From: an uncultured Clostridia bacterium
GTDB taxonomy: Bacteria; Bacillota; Clostridia; TANB77; CAG-508
Length of the DNA stretch: 51,263 nt
Direction of reading: 5' to 3'
NCBI GenBank assembly: GCA_944392515.1
Contig: CALXWV010000004.1
Coordinates: 1-51,263, forward strand
The notes under the pieces are model-generated. The model did not search any database. It was not told the origin of the DNA and saw nothing but the letters and a program-made list of their open reading frames with translations. How positions within the stretch are numbered: position 1 is the first letter of the stretch; each line of letters opens with the position of its first letter. Position numbers and translations under genes: made by a program. This document shows positions 10,978 to 22,086 of the stretch, piece after piece.

Positions 10978-11074
10978 TGTTTTTATTAAAATTTGCACTC
11001 TATTTTAAATGTGTCAATTTTATTTTTTCTTTTCTATAGCTTGCAACTAGATTGAAGTTTTCATTTTCTGTTGT

Positions 11075-11180
11075 TGCAAAATCTCCCTCTGTTTCTTGGT
11101 TAATATTATTTCTTATTATATTACTTGTAAATGCACAAAAAAACTATGAATCTTAAGCATATTTTAAATACATAGCTTTT
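11075..11180 (-). repeat. Degenerate copy of the terminator/RBS element found at 38.9 kb
   Basis: 11133-11157 matches 38894-38918 at 22/25 nt; shared AAATACATAG arm; both followed on minus strand by GGGAGATTTT. Confidence 0.65.
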
Positions 11181-11220
11181 TTATTCTTTCTTTACAATGT
11201 CCAAAGCAAATTTATAATAT

Positions 11221-11247
11221 TTAGGCAGTCTTTTTTAGACTGCCTAA
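11221..11247 (-). terminator. Intrinsic terminator after ABC permease
   Basis: TTAGGCAGTC-ttttta-GACTGCCTAA-type inverted repeat. Confidence 0.7.
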
Positions 11248-11253
11248 TCTTAG

Positions 11254-13911
11254 TTATATATTATCTTTTCTAATTGTTTCTATTATGTTTTGCTTATTTA
11301 TCTTATTTATTGAATACTTCATTATACCACCAATTAATAAGAATACAATTATTACTGCAATGGCTGTTGGTATTGTTGGAAATGTATATGGCATCATTAT
11401 TCCTGCATTAAATGCTAGGTATAATAAGTATGAACCTAGTACTCCAAGTGGAACTCCTATTATTATTGATTTTAAACCATAGAATATGCTTTCTAATCTA
11501 ATCATTCTATTAAATTCTTTTTTAGTCATTCCAATTGATTTTAGATTTGCAAATTCTTTACTTCTTAAATTCATATTGCTTGTTATTGTATTAAATATAT
11601 TTGTAACTCCAATTAATGATATTACTATTATAAATCCATAAAGGAATATTGCTATTATTATAATTAATGAAGTTTGTCTATTTGCTTCCGCTTCTATATT
11701 ATAAGTACCTATGTTTTTATATTCTTTCTTTATTTCTTGTTCAAATTTATCTGGATTATCTACATCTACATAAAGGCTACCAAAATGCCAATCCATTTTA
11801 TCCATAAATTCATCACTTACTACCATTACACCTTGATTATATGATGAACCTTCTAATCCCATAGGCTTTTTGGTTGTTTGAGCTATGATTTTTGCACTAC
11901 CTTCTACTGTATAATTTTTATCCTTTATTGTTTTATATTTTATCTCATCATTTTTATTATATTTATATAATTCTCCAATATATTTTTTATAACTTCCATC
12001 CTCATTATTATATATGTATCTTTCAAAGTCATCTATCCATATTATTTTATCTTTTGCATCTTCATAATTTAATCCTAAATCTTTTAAATATCTATTATAT
12101 TCTTCATTACCCAAAGATACCATTGTTACAAAATATGTCTCATTTTCTTCATAACTAGAATAACCGCTTAAATATTCTTTTCCTTCATCAGATAACTTTA
12201 GTTCATTTTTATCCATTGTAAGAGAAGTAAATTTTGTAATTGAATATCTTTTTACATTTTGATTATTTGCTATTTGCCTATATTGATTATATACTTCCTC
12301 ATCATCTTTCATTTCTCTATTTACTGATAGCATCAAATTATATTTATAATCTTGAAATGATTGACTTGATATATTAAAACCATATTGCACTAAAGATGTA
12401 ACTGATATAAAGATAAATATACTTACAACTAATGAAATTACTGTTGTACGATACTTTTTCTTGTTTCTTTTTAAGTTTTTATAAGCTATATCTCCACCTA
12501 CCCCAAAAATCTTTTTAATTATTTTAGGTGATTTTACTTTTTTACCTTTTATTTTTATATCTTCACTACTTCTTATTGCATCAATTGGAGATACTTTCGA
12601 TGCTCTTCTAGCAGATGATCTACATGAAAAGTAAATTGTAATTGTTCCTAAAACTATAGAGAATATTATTGCTAAAATTGGAAGAGAATATATAAAATTC
12701 ACATCTTCTGCAATATTTTTTATTAATTTATTTAAAATAATTGATAAAATCCAGTTTACTAAAATTCCAAGTATTATTCCTGATGGAATTCCTATAATTC
12801 CAAGTACAAATCCTTCAAATAATACATTTTTTCTTATTTGTTTTTTTGTAGCTCCTATAGAGGATAACATTCCATATTGCCTTGTTCTTTCAGTTATTGA
12901 TATTGCAAAACTATTTCTTATTACAAATACACTTGAAATTATTATTATAACTAGAACTACTATTCCAACTAGATATAACATCCTCATATATGAGCTATTA
13001 ACACCTACTCCTTCTATTTGAAGTAAGCTTGTATTAAGTCCAATATCATATTTACTTCCAACTTCTTCTTTAGCAGTTCCTGTGCTAAGCTCCATTATAT
13101 CTACATAATTATTTTCTTTTTCATAATTTAAATCTAATCCTAAGATATTACTTAATACTTCTTTATAATTTCGTAAGCCTTCTTTTGTAAAATTTGCATA
13201 TATATTCGCTGTTTTTCCTAAATTATTTACATCTAAATATGTAAGTGCAGTAAAACCGGGTGCTGAATAAGGTTCTAATTCATAATTTACTCTATCCATT
13301 ATTCCTACAATAGTGTATTCTTTAGTATACATACTTTCTAAATATTCATCTTCTGTATAAATATCATCTTGGTCAAGTTCTTTTCCATCTAATAGTCTTT
13401 TTGATACCTCTAAGGATAAAGTATCTCCTATTTTTAATGGATTTTCTGGTTCTTTTAATTCTAAGTTATCTCCTTCAGATAACATATAATCATAAATATT
13501 TTTACTTATAACTATTTCACTACTGTTTGTTGGAAATCTTCCTTCTGTTAAATTTATTGGAAGTTTATCTTTAGCACTACTATCTATTCCTAAGATATAA
13601 AAATACGGTTTATAATCATTATTTGATTCTTTAAATCTTGCATAACCAATACTAGATGTTAGAAAATAATTATCTATATTTCTATTTTCTTCTATATATG
13701 ATAATTCTTCTATTGGTACATTTTTAAATTCTACTTCATAATCTCCATTTGTTTTTCTAAAATATTCTTTTAATGTAGCCTGACTACTAGTTACCATACC
13801 TGCAACTACTGTAATTAATGCAGTAGAGAGTATTATTCCTATTATTGTAACTAATGTTCTTTTCTTATTAAGCTTTAAACTTTTTAAGGTAAGTTTGTTT
13901 AAAATCTTCAT
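11254..13911 (-). CDS. FtsX-like ABC transporter permease (antimicrobial peptide/MacB type)
   Basis: Two FtsX domains (ERTRQYGMLSSIGATKKQI; RSKEFANLKSIGMTKKE) with large extracellular loops. Confidence 0.9.
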   Translation of the reverse strand: MKILNKLTLKSLKLNKKRTLVTIIGIILSTALITVVAGMVTSSQATLKEYFRKTNGDYEVEFKNVPIEELSYIEENRNIDNYFLTSSIGYARFKESNNDYKPYFYILGIDSSAKDKLPINLTEGRFPTNSSEIVISKNIYDYMLSEGDNLELKEPENPLKIGDTLSLEVSKRLLDGKELDQDDIYTEDEYLESMYTKEYTIVGIMDRVNYELEPYSAPGFTALTYLDVNNLGKTANIYANFTKEGLRNYKEVLSNILGLDLNYEKENNYVDIMELSTGTAKEEVGSKYDIGLNTSLLQIEGVGVNSSYMRMLYLVGIVVLVIIIISSVFVIRNSFAISITERTRQYGMLSSIGATKKQIRKNVLFEGFVLGIIGIPSGIILGILVNWILSIILNKLIKNIAEDVNFIYSLPILAIIFSIVLGTITIYFSCRSSARRASKVSPIDAIRSSEDIKIKGKKVKSPKIIKKIFGVGGDIAYKNLKRNKKKYRTTVISLVVSIFIFISVTSLVQYGFNISSQSFQDYKYNLMLSVNREMKDDEEVYNQYRQIANNQNVKRYSITKFTSLTMDKNELKLSDEGKEYLSGYSSYEENETYFVTMVSLGNEEYNRYLKDLGLNYEDAKDKIIWIDDFERYIYNNEDGSYKKYIGELYKYNKNDEIKYKTIKDKNYTVEGSAKIIAQTTKKPMGLEGSSYNQGVMVVSDEFMDKMDWHFGSLYVDVDNPDKFEQEIKKEYKNIGTYNIEAEANRQTSLIIIIAIFLYGFIIVISLIGVTNIFNTITSNMNLRSKEFANLKSIGMTKKEFNRMIRLESIFYGLKSIIIGVPLGVLGSYLLYLAFNAGIMMPYTFPTIPTAIAVIIVFLLIGGIMKYSINKINKQNIIETIRKDNI

Positions 13912-13955
13912 TTTCCTTACATGATATATATAATATATCTTTACTCCTTTCCCTC

Positions 13956-14627
13956 TTATTTTTCTTTAACTATTTTTCCATCTTCTATTGTAAGTACTCT
14001 ATCTGCTTCATTTGCTATTTCTAAATTATGTGTTATCATAATTATTGTTTGTTTATACTTCTTATTTGTTAGTTTTAATAATTCAACAATTTCTTCACTA
14101 GCTTTTGAATCTAAGTTTCCTGTAGGTTCATCTGCTAGAATTATTGCTGGATTATTAATTAGAGCCCTACCTATAGATACTCTTTGTTGTTGTCCTCCAG
14201 ATAGTTCATTTGGAAGATGTTTTCTTCTATTTTCTAATCCTAAACTTTTTAATAATTCATTTAGTCTTTTTTCATCAACCTTATTTCCATCTAAATCACA
14301 AGGAAGAGTAATATTTTCTTCAACATTTAATATTGGTATTAAATTATAGAATTGATATATTATTCCTACTTGTCTTCTTCTAAATATAGCTAAGTTATCA
14401 TCACTTAAAGAATAAATATCTTTTCCATCTACATAAACCTTACCAGATGTAGGTCTATCAACTCCTCCAAGCAAATGTAGTAAAGTAGACTTACCACTTC
14501 CAGAACTTCCTACTATTGCTAAAAACTCTCCTTTTTCTACTGAAAAGCTAACATTATCTACAGCAATTACTTCACTTTCTCCTTTTCCATATTTTTTTGT
14601 TAAATTCTCAACTCTTAAAATTTCCAT
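13956..14627 (-). CDS. ABC transporter ATP-binding protein (LolD/MacB family)
   Basis: GSSGSGKS, LSGGQQQRV, ILADEPTGNLD; start taken at MEILRVEN (14627). Confidence 0.93.
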   Translation of the reverse strand: MEILRVENLTKKYGKGESEVIAVDNVSFSVEKGEFLAIVGSSGSGKSTLLHLLGGVDRPTSGKVYVDGKDIYSLSDDNLAIFRRRQVGIIYQFYNLIPILNVEENITLPCDLDGNKVDEKRLNELLKSLGLENRRKHLPNELSGGQQQRVSIGRALINNPAIILADEPTGNLDSKASEEIVELLKLTNKKYKQTIIMITHNLEIANEADRVLTIEDGKIVKEK

Positions 14628-14682
14628 AATTTTTTTCGTATAAATTATACGATCCTCCTTTTTTTCATTTTCTTTTAAATAT

Positions 14683-14715
14683 ATTATACTTACTGAAAGT
14701 GACATTTAAATGACA
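14683..14715 (-). promoter_or_regulatory. OmpR-type direct repeat and -10 box of ABC operon
   Basis: Minus strand TGTCA-N6-TGTCA (11-bp period, 14700-14715) upstream of TATAAT (14683-14688); adjacent OmpR-family regulator. Confidence 0.55.
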
Positions 14716-14872
14716 ATTAATCTTTTTATTTTATTACCTAATAATATCTAGTTACAAAAAAGCTGCTTATAAAATATTTGTATATACTTTGTAAGCAGCT
14801 TTTTTAATAAAATTATTATTATATTATTATTTATTATAATATTTTTATTATTTGTTATTGTATTCTTTTATA

Positions 14873-16087
14873 TTATCTTTCATAAAAATATATTTTAAAT
14901 GTTGTTCCTTCATTTAATTTGGAAGTGCACGTTATTGATGCATTTTGCTTTTCTAAAATAGATTTTGAAAGTGAAAGACCTATTCCAAAACTATTTTCTG
15001 ATGAATTTTTACCTTTATAAAATCTATCAAAAATATGTTTTAAATCTTTATTATCTATTCCTTCTCCTTCATCTTTTATAATTAATTCTGTATATACATT
15101 AGTTTCTCTAATTTCTACAAATATCTTTTTATTTTCTTTGGTATGTTCTATACAATTTTTTATTATATTAGTGATTGCTTCTAATGTCCATTTATAATCG
15201 CCAATTATATATGCTTCTTTTAAAGAAATAATTACCTCTTGATTTTTTATTTCTAGTGGTATTTCTAGATTTCTTATAGCTTCATTAACCAGCTTTTCTA
15301 AATCATATTTTTCTTTTTCAAATTCAACTGTTCCACTATCTAATTTGGATAATTTTAGTAAAGAAATAGTTAAAAAGCTTATGTTTTCAACTTGTCTGCT
15401 TATTTCATAAATGAATTTTTGCTTTGTTACATAATCCATATTTTCATTATCTTTTATTTCATCAAGCATTATAGATATTGATGTAAGTGGAGTTTTTATT
15501 TGGTGAGAAATATCTTGCAAACTTTTTGCTAAAAACTTTTTATCTTTTTTAGAATTTTCTGCTTCTTCTTTAAGCATTATTGTTATTTTATATAATTCAT
15601 TTCTTAAATTAGATAACTCATCTTCTCCATTTTCCTTTATTTTAAGTTCATAATTTTTTCTATTTATTTCTTTTATGTATTCAGTAATTTTAGATATTTT
15701 TCTTTTTTGAATTAAATTATTTATTATCCAAATTATTGTAATAAAAATAGCCAATGCTATTATTATACCTGAAGAATATATAATAATATTATTTTTAGAA
15801 TCTTCTAATTTTAATATAGCAGATTCTTCATTATTTATTCCATAATTTTTAGCTATATTGCTTCCTTCTTCAATATACTCTTGATTTTCTTTGCCATTTA
15901 ATATATTAATAATATCTTCTTCTGATACATCAGAATATTTTTCTTTAATTAAGCCTATTAGTTCATATACTCCCAAATTATATTCTTGTATAGAATTATT
16001 AAATTCGTTTTTTAAAACAAATATATTTGTTATTACTGCTATACATAAAAGTATTAATACACTTAAAATAATTTTAGTTTTTTTCAT
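14873..16087 (-). CDS. Sensor histidine kinase
   Basis: Two TM helices, DISHQIKTPL H-box, NIIKNC, DEGEGI, FDRFY, GIGLS. Confidence 0.93.
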   Translation of the reverse strand: MKKTKIILSVLILLCIAVITNIFVLKNEFNNSIQEYNLGVYELIGLIKEKYSDVSEEDIINILNGKENQEYIEEGSNIAKNYGINNEESAILKLEDSKNNIIIYSSGIIIALAIFITIIWIINNLIQKRKISKITEYIKEINRKNYELKIKENGEDELSNLRNELYKITIMLKEEAENSKKDKKFLAKSLQDISHQIKTPLTSISIMLDEIKDNENMDYVTKQKFIYEISRQVENISFLTISLLKLSKLDSGTVEFEKEKYDLEKLVNEAIRNLEIPLEIKNQEVIISLKEAYIIGDYKWTLEAITNIIKNCIEHTKENKKIFVEIRETNVYTELIIKDEGEGIDNKDLKHIFDRFYKGKNSSENSFGIGLSLSKSILEKQNASITCTSKLNEGTTFKIYFYER

Positions 16088-16739
16088 CTACTTTATATCC
16101 TACTCCTCTAATAGTTTTTATAATTTTTCCTTCACTGTCTCCTATTTTTTCTCTTATTCTTTTTATATATACTGTAAGTGTATTATCATTTACAAAGTTT
16201 CCTGCTAAATCCCATATTTTATTTAGTATCATATCTCTAGTAACTAATTTATTTTTATTTGTAAATAAAAGAAGTAATATTTTAAATTCTAAACTTGTAA
16301 GTTCTATTACCTTCTCATCTTTTTTTACTTCCATATTTTCACTATCCAGCTCTATTCCATTGATATTTATGGTAGAAGAGGACATTTTATTGTACCTTCT
16401 TAATGCTACCTTTATTCTTGAAATTAATTCTTTAACTCTAAATGGTTTTACAATATAATCTTCTGCTCCTAAGTCTAAACCTTTAACTATATTAATTTCT
16501 TCATCTAATGCTGTCAAGAAAATTACTGGCACATCTTCTTTTTTCTTTACTTCCTTAAAAAAGTCAAATCCATTTCCATCTGGAAGAGTTATATCTAGCA
16601 AAATTAAATCATATTCATTATATTCTTTAGCTTCTTTTATTGTTTTTGCAGTTATTACTTTGAAACCTTCTTGCTCTAATGAGTATTTTAATCCCATTAT
16701 AATTGATTCACTATCTTCTACTAATAAAATTGTGTTCAT
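16074..16739 (-). CDS. OmpR-family response regulator
   Basis: LLVED, LLDITLPDGNG, KPF, winged helix TIRGVGY. Confidence 0.95.
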   Translation of the reverse strand: MNTILLVEDSESIIMGLKYSLEQEGFKVITAKTIKEAKEYNEYDLILLDITLPDGNGFDFFKEVKKKEDVPVIFLTALDEEINIVKGLDLGAEDYIVKPFRVKELISRIKVALRRYNKMSSSTININGIELDSENMEVKKDEKVIELTSLEFKILLLLFTNKNKLVTRDMILNKIWDLAGNFVNDNTLTVYIKRIREKIGDSEGKIIKTIRGVGYKVDEKN

Positions 16740-16890
16740 ATTATCCCCCTACATCTTTATTATATCAAGTATTTTAGATAGTTTCAATTAATATTTTCTT
16801 AAGATTACACTATCATGAATTATGTCAAATTTGATTATTATACTTTTTTATGGTATAATAATATCATACACATTATCAGGAGGTGTTTGT

Positions 16891-17310
16891 ATGATCATTA
16901 AAAGAATTCTCGGCGATTGTCGGGGAAAGTCAGTCGAAGTCGCAAAGCCGACTTCTGAAGTGGTTGAGATGATAGTCACTGCTGTTATGGTATCCAAAGC
17001 AGTGGGTACAGTGCAAAAGGAAGATGTTATGTGTTTAGCATACGTCTATCAAGATGCAGATGCAGATTCAGAGGATGTCGACCTTTCAGCAATGTACGGT
17101 GAATCCGGTATCATCGCCGGATTTGTCTCTGACGGTATAAACGCCATTGGAGACAATCCTGCAGGTACTGGCAAAATAAACTCTATTGAACTCCTCATTT
17201 CGAGGAAAGGTTTCGTTGTTGAAGTTAAAATTAACTTTGACAATGGGACAAGTGTAAAATTCGATAAGTTATCAAGACCGTTCTGTAGGATTCTTGGCAG
17301 GCTAAAATAA
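16891..17310 (+). CDS. Hypothetical orphan protein (139 aa), GC-richer than flanks
   Basis: AGGAGGT SD before ATG at 16891; TTGATT-17-TATAAT at 16831-16859; GC-rich hairpin 17318-17345. Confidence 0.7.
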   Translation: MIIKRILGDCRGKSVEVAKPTSEVVEMIVTAVMVSKAVGTVQKEDVMCLAYVYQDADADSEDVDLSAMYGESGIIAGFVSDGINAIGDNPAGTGKINSIELLISRKGFVVEVKINFDNGTSVKFDKLSRPFCRILGRLK

Positions 17311-17357
17311 GCACCAACCCCCGAGGTTCACCTGGACCTCAGGGGCGATTTATTTTA

Positions 17358-17519
17358 TTAAAAAACATTTATAAATATAATTAAGTATGCTATTGAAAAA
17401 CAAATTCCACCTATTACATCACTCGCATAGTGAACTCCTAAATATATTCTACTTAAACATATGATTAGTATTAATATGCTTAAAATAGTGCATAAAGTAT
17501 ATTTTATATTCTTCCATTT
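17358..17519 (-). pseudogene. 3' remnant of a PAP2-family phosphatase gene
   Basis: Open frame without ATG start: KWKNIKYTLCTILSILILIICLSRIYLGVHYASDVIGGICFSIAYLIIFINVF*, containing PAP2 motif 3 SRxxxxxHxxxD. Confidence 0.8.
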
Positions 17520-17605
17520 TTATTTTCTATTTTTCTCTATTTATTTTTAAATAAAAAATATATGTTTTCATATTTTTATTTAATATAAAAACATATATTT
17601 ATTTT

Positions 17606-18910
17606 TTATGCAGTTTCTTTTGCTTCAGTTTTATGCCTTTTTACTTTTTTAGGTTTTTCTACTCTATTTTCATCTATTTCTACTTCTGGTTTTTCTTTAC
17701 CTAAAACTGTATCTTTTGTAATTGTACATTTAACAATTTTAGGATTTGAAGGTATATCATACATAACATCCCTCATTGTTTCTTCCATTATAGAACGTAA
17801 ACCTCTTGCTCCTGTTTTTCTTTCTATAGCTTTATCTACTATTGCCTCTAATGCATCATCAGTAAACTCTAAGTCTACTCCGTCCATTTCAAGAAGTTTT
17901 TTGTATTGTTTAACTAAAGCATTTTTAGGTTTTGTCATAATATCTATAAGTGCATTTCTATCTAATTCTCTTAAAGTTGCTATAATTGGTAATCTTCCTA
18001 CAAATTCTGGAATTAGACCAAATTTCAATAAGTCTTGTGGTAACATTTGTTCATATACTTTATATTTATCTATTTCTTTAGCACTTTGTATATTTGTACC
18101 AAATCCTATAGCTTTTTTACCTATTCTTTCACCTATTATTTTGTCTAATCCTTCAAAAGCACCTCCACATATGAATAATATATTAGAAGTATTAATTTGT
18201 AAAAATTCTTGATGTGGATGTTTTCTTCCTCCTTGTGGTGGTACTGATGCTACTGTTCCTTCTACTATTTTAAGTAGCGCTTGTTGTACACCTTCACCAC
18301 TAACATCTCTTGTTATTGATGGATTTTCAGATTTTCTTGAAATCTTATCTATCTCATCAATATATATAATTCCTTTTTCAGCTTTTTCTATATTATAGTC
18401 TGCTGCTTGAATTAATTTTAAAAGAATATTTTCAACATCTTCTCCAACATAACCTGCTTCTGTAAGAGTAGTTGCATCTGCTATTGCAAATGGAACTTTT
18501 AATATTTTTGCAAGTGTTTGAGCTAAAAATGTTTTTCCACAACCTGTAGGTCCAAGTAAAAGTACATTACTTTTTTGTATTTCAACATCATCATCTGTTT
18601 TTTCTTCTTCACTGTTTATACGTTTGTAATGGTTATATACTGCAACTGACAATGTTTTCTTAGCTTCATCTTGACCTATTACATATTCATCTAAAATTTT
18701 CCTAATTTCCTCAGGAGTAGGTAATTTTTCTTCCTCATTTAATGTATATCTGTCATCAAATTCTTCAAAATCATCTGTTTCTAATATGTTGTTACATACC
18801 TGAATACATTCATTACAAATATATACTCCAGGACCTGCAACCATTTTATGAACACTCTCTTGTGGTTTTCCACAAAAAGAGCATCTTATACTTTGAGTCT
18901 TTTTTGGCAT
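17606..18910 (-). CDS. clpX: ATP-dependent Clp protease ATP-binding subunit ClpX
   Basis: CSFCGK zinc finger, [11 protein letters not shown] loop, [10 protein letters not shown]. Confidence 0.98.
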   Translation of the reverse strand: MPKKTQSIRCSFCGKPQESVHKMVAGPGVYICNECIQVCNNILETDDFEEFDDRYTLNEEEKLPTPEEIRKILDEYVIGQDEAKKTLSVAVYNHYKRINSEEEKTDDDVEIQKSNVLLLGPTGCGKTFLAQTLAKILKVPFAIADATTLTEAGYVGEDVENILLKLIQAADYNIEKAEKGIIYIDEIDKISRKSENPSITRDVSGEGVQQALLKIVEGTVASVPPQGGRKHPHQEFLQINTSNILFICGGAFEGLDKIIGERIGKKAIGFGTNIQSAKEIDKYKVYEQMLPQDLLKFGLIPEFVGRLPIIATLRELDRNALIDIMTKPKNALVKQYKKLLEMDGVDLEFTDDALEAIVDKAIERKTGARGLRSIMEETMRDVMYDIPSNPKIVKCTITKDTVLGKEKPEVEIDENRVEKPKKVKRHKTEAKETA

Positions 18911-19008
18911 AATAAATCTTTCCTTTCATAGTCACTCATTTTCTTATGTTCATATTATATCGTAATTATAATAATTTATTAATAAATATTTACATTAAGT
19001 AATATTTA

Positions 19009-19623
19009 TTATTTTCTTTTATCCATTATTCCATCAATTAGACCATATTTTAAAGCTTCTTCAGCTGTCATATAGTGGTCTCTTTCTGTATCTCTTTCTA
19101 TTACATCAATTGGTTGACCTGTTCTTTCACTTAATAATTTGTTAATTTTTTCTCTAGTCTTTATCATTTGGTCTGCATGAATTTTAATTTCTGTTGCTTG
19201 ACCAGAAAGTCCTCCACCTTGGCCACCTATTAATGGTTGATGTATAAGAATTTCTGCATTTGGTGTAGCAAATCTTTTTCCTTTTTCGCCTGATGCTAAA
19301 AGTACAGCTCCCATACTTGCTGCCATACCTACACATATTGTAGTTACAGGACATTTGATATAATTCATTGTATCTACTATACCAAATCCATCTGAAACTG
19401 ATCCTCCTGGTGAATTTATGTATAAAGATATTTCTTTATCTGGATCTTCTGATTCTAAGAATAGCATTTGTGCTATTACTAAACTTGCTGATGTTTGATT
19501 AACATCTTCACTTAAAAATATTATTCTATCTTTTAATAGTCTTGAGAAAATATCGTATGATCTTTCTCCTCTTGCTGATTGTTCAATAACATATGGTACT
19601 AAACTATCATTAAAGTCTTTCAT
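19009..19623 (-). CDS. clpP: ATP-dependent Clp protease proteolytic subunit
   Basis: [29 protein letters not shown]. Confidence 0.98.
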   Translation of the reverse strand: MKDFNDSLVPYVIEQSARGERSYDIFSRLLKDRIIFLSEDVNQTSASLVIAQMLFLESEDPDKEISLYINSPGGSVSDGFGIVDTMNYIKCPVTTICVGMAASMGAVLLASGEKGKRFATPNAEILIHQPLIGGQGGGLSGQATEIKIHADQMIKTREKINKLLSERTGQPIDVIERDTERDHYMTAEEALKYGLIDGIMDKRK

Positions 19624-19830
19624 AATATATCCTTTCCTAAGGCAAAGCCTTATTTAAATAAATTTCTAATAAAGTATTTTCTGACTATTGTAAATTATCA
19701 GAATTAATAATACTAACATATTATATATATTTTTTTATAAGATATCAACCCTTTTTGAAAGAAAAAGTTAGAGATATTATAATATTTATCTCCAACTTTC
19801 CCCATTTACTACATTTATTTAGTTCATTTA

Positions 19831-21120
19831 TTATTTCTTAGATATTTTTGCGTTATCTACTATTAATTTTACTGCTTGTTCTGTTTTAGAGCCTTCAGCT
19901 AAATAATTTTTAAGTTCTTCATTTTTTTCTAAGTCTTCAACTTTTTTGTTATATTGTTTAGCCATTTCTTCTATTTTTTCTTTGATGTATTTTTCATCTT
20001 CTTTTATTTTTTCATCTTTTACTATTTGTTCAAGAACTAATCTTGTTTTAACATTCTTTTCAGCTTGTTCTTTATAGTCTTTTCTAAAGTCAGCTTCTGT
20101 TTTCCCCATCATTTTTAGATATTGTTCTAAGTTAAGTCCTTGATAGCTTAGTCTTTGGTCTAAGTTTTGCATAATATTATCTATTTCTAATTCAATCATT
20201 CCTTCTGGAATTTCTATGTTAGTATTTTTGCAAACTTCTTCTAAAGCAGCATCTTCTGTTTCATGTTTTGCTCTTTCTTCATTTTCTTTTTGCATTTTTT
20301 CTTTGATGCTGTTTTTTAATTCTTCTAAAGTATCAAATTCACTAACATCTTTAGCAAATTCATCATCTATTGTTGGCATTTGTTTTTCTTTAATTGCATA
20401 TAATACAACATGGAATGTAGCTTCTTTACCAGCTAAGTCTTTAGAGAAATAATCTTTAGGGAATGTAACTTTGATGTCTTTTTCTTCACCAATTTTCATT
20501 CCGATTATTTGGTCTTCAAATCCTGGTATAAATGTTTTGCTTCCAATTGTTAATTCATGATTTTCTGCTTTTCCACCTTCGAAAGCTTTGCCATCAACGA
20601 AGCCTTCAAAGTCTATTGTTACTATATCTTTATCTTTAACTTCTCTATCTTCTACTGTAACAATTCTCGAATTATGTTCAGCCATATGATTTATTTCATG
20701 GTTTATATCTTCATCAGTTACTTTATATTCAATTTTCTTTAATGGAATTTCTTTATATTTCCCAAGTTTAACTTCTGGTTTTGTAGCAACTATTGCTGTG
20801 AATATAAGGTCTTTACCTTTTTCCATTTGAACAACATCTATTTGTGGTCTGCTGGCTACTTCTATTTTATTTTCTGTTACTTCTTCATCATAAACAACTG
20901 GAGCTAATTCATTAAATGCATCCTCATAAAAGATGTTATCTCCATAGTATCTTTCTACTATTTTAAAAGGTGCCTTTCCTTTTCTAAATCCTGGAATATT
21001 GAAGTATTTAGCACTCTTCTTAAATACATCCATTATTGCTTCTTCAAATCTTGAAGCTGGTACTGTAAATGTTAATTTTAGTTCATTTTTATTTTCTGTT
21101 TTTTCTTGTTTTAAGCTCAT
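19831..21120 (-). CDS. tig: Trigger factor
   Basis: IPGFRKGKAP ribosome-binding motif, FKBP domain, tig-clpP-clpX order. Confidence 0.97.
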   Translation of the reverse strand: MSLKQEKTENKNELKLTFTVPASRFEEAIMDVFKKSAKYFNIPGFRKGKAPFKIVERYYGDNIFYEDAFNELAPVVYDEEVTENKIEVASRPQIDVVQMEKGKDLIFTAIVATKPEVKLGKYKEIPLKKIEYKVTDEDINHEINHMAEHNSRIVTVEDREVKDKDIVTIDFEGFVDGKAFEGGKAENHELTIGSKTFIPGFEDQIIGMKIGEEKDIKVTFPKDYFSKDLAGKEATFHVVLYAIKEKQMPTIDDEFAKDVSEFDTLEELKNSIKEKMQKENEERAKHETEDAALEEVCKNTNIEIPEGMIELEIDNIMQNLDQRLSYQGLNLEQYLKMMGKTEADFRKDYKEQAEKNVKTRLVLEQIVKDEKIKEDEKYIKEKIEEMAKQYNKKVEDLEKNEELKNYLAEGSKTEQAVKLIVDNAKISKK

Positions 21121-21257
21121 TATATATCCTTCCTTTTCTCATAAAATGCTATATTATTATACCACAAAATATGAATAAATCAAGACTTTTAATAAAAATT
21201 GATAGTATAATTTACTTTTTAAAGCAGAAGTGTCACCTATCACTCCTGCTTTTTTAT

Positions 21258-22016
21258 TTATCTAACTTTATATAATTTAAATTCTAAATAATCACAACTT
21301 ACTAATTTAAAATTAATGTTTTCTATTATTCCTTCAAGAGCTTCCTTATGTGATTCTCCATGTAGATGACCATATAAGCAAGTTTTAACATTATACTCTT
21401 TCATTATTTTGACATAATTAGATATCTTTAATTTATTAGTATTTTCACTTTTATTACTTTTTGGATCATAATTTACATCTTCTAACTTATTTATTTCTTC
21501 AGCTACTATTGGTGGATAATGCATTAAACAAATTATTTCTTTATCTCCAAAACTATCTACTCCACTTTGCAAAGAAATCTTAAGTCTTTCTTCTTCTCTG
21601 TGATTCATTTTTATTCCATTTTCTGTATCATTTAATGCCCAACCTCTAGTTCCTGCTATTATTTTATCTTCAAATAAATAACTGTTATTATATACAAAAT
21701 CAATATTGCTAAATTTATTTTCTTCTATAAATTCTCTCATTTTTGCAAGAGTTGTCCACCAGTAATCATGGTTTCCTTTAAGTAAAAGTTTTTTTCCTGG
21801 TAAATCATTTAAAAATTTAAAGTCTTCATACATATCTTTTAAATGCATTTCCCACGAAAAATCTCCTGGAAGTAAAACTAAATCATCATTAGATACAGTC
21901 TTTTCCCAGTTTTCCTTTATTTTATGTTCATGACTTTTCCAGTTTAGACCAAATATATCCATTGGCTTCTCTTTATTTAAAGATAAGTGCAAATCACCTA
22001 TTGCATATATTGACAT
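21258..22016 (-). CDS. Calcineurin-like metallophosphoesterase
   Basis: GDLH, PGD, GNHD, HYPP, GHLH motifs. Confidence 0.9.
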   Translation of the reverse strand: MSIYAIGDLHLSLNKEKPMDIFGLNWKSHEHKIKENWEKTVSNDDLVLLPGDFSWEMHLKDMYEDFKFLNDLPGKKLLLKGNHDYWWTTLAKMREFIEENKFSNIDFVYNNSYLFEDKIIAGTRGWALNDTENGIKMNHREEERLKISLQSGVDSFGDKEIICLMHYPPIVAEEINKLEDVNYDPKSNKSENTNKLKISNYVKIMKEYNVKTCLYGHLHGESHKEALEGIIENINFKLVSCDYLEFKLYKVR

Positions 22017-22086
22017 TATGTACTCCTCTTTTATTTAGTTCTTTGACTATTCATCTATTAATACATTTTTTATTGTTTTTCAAACC

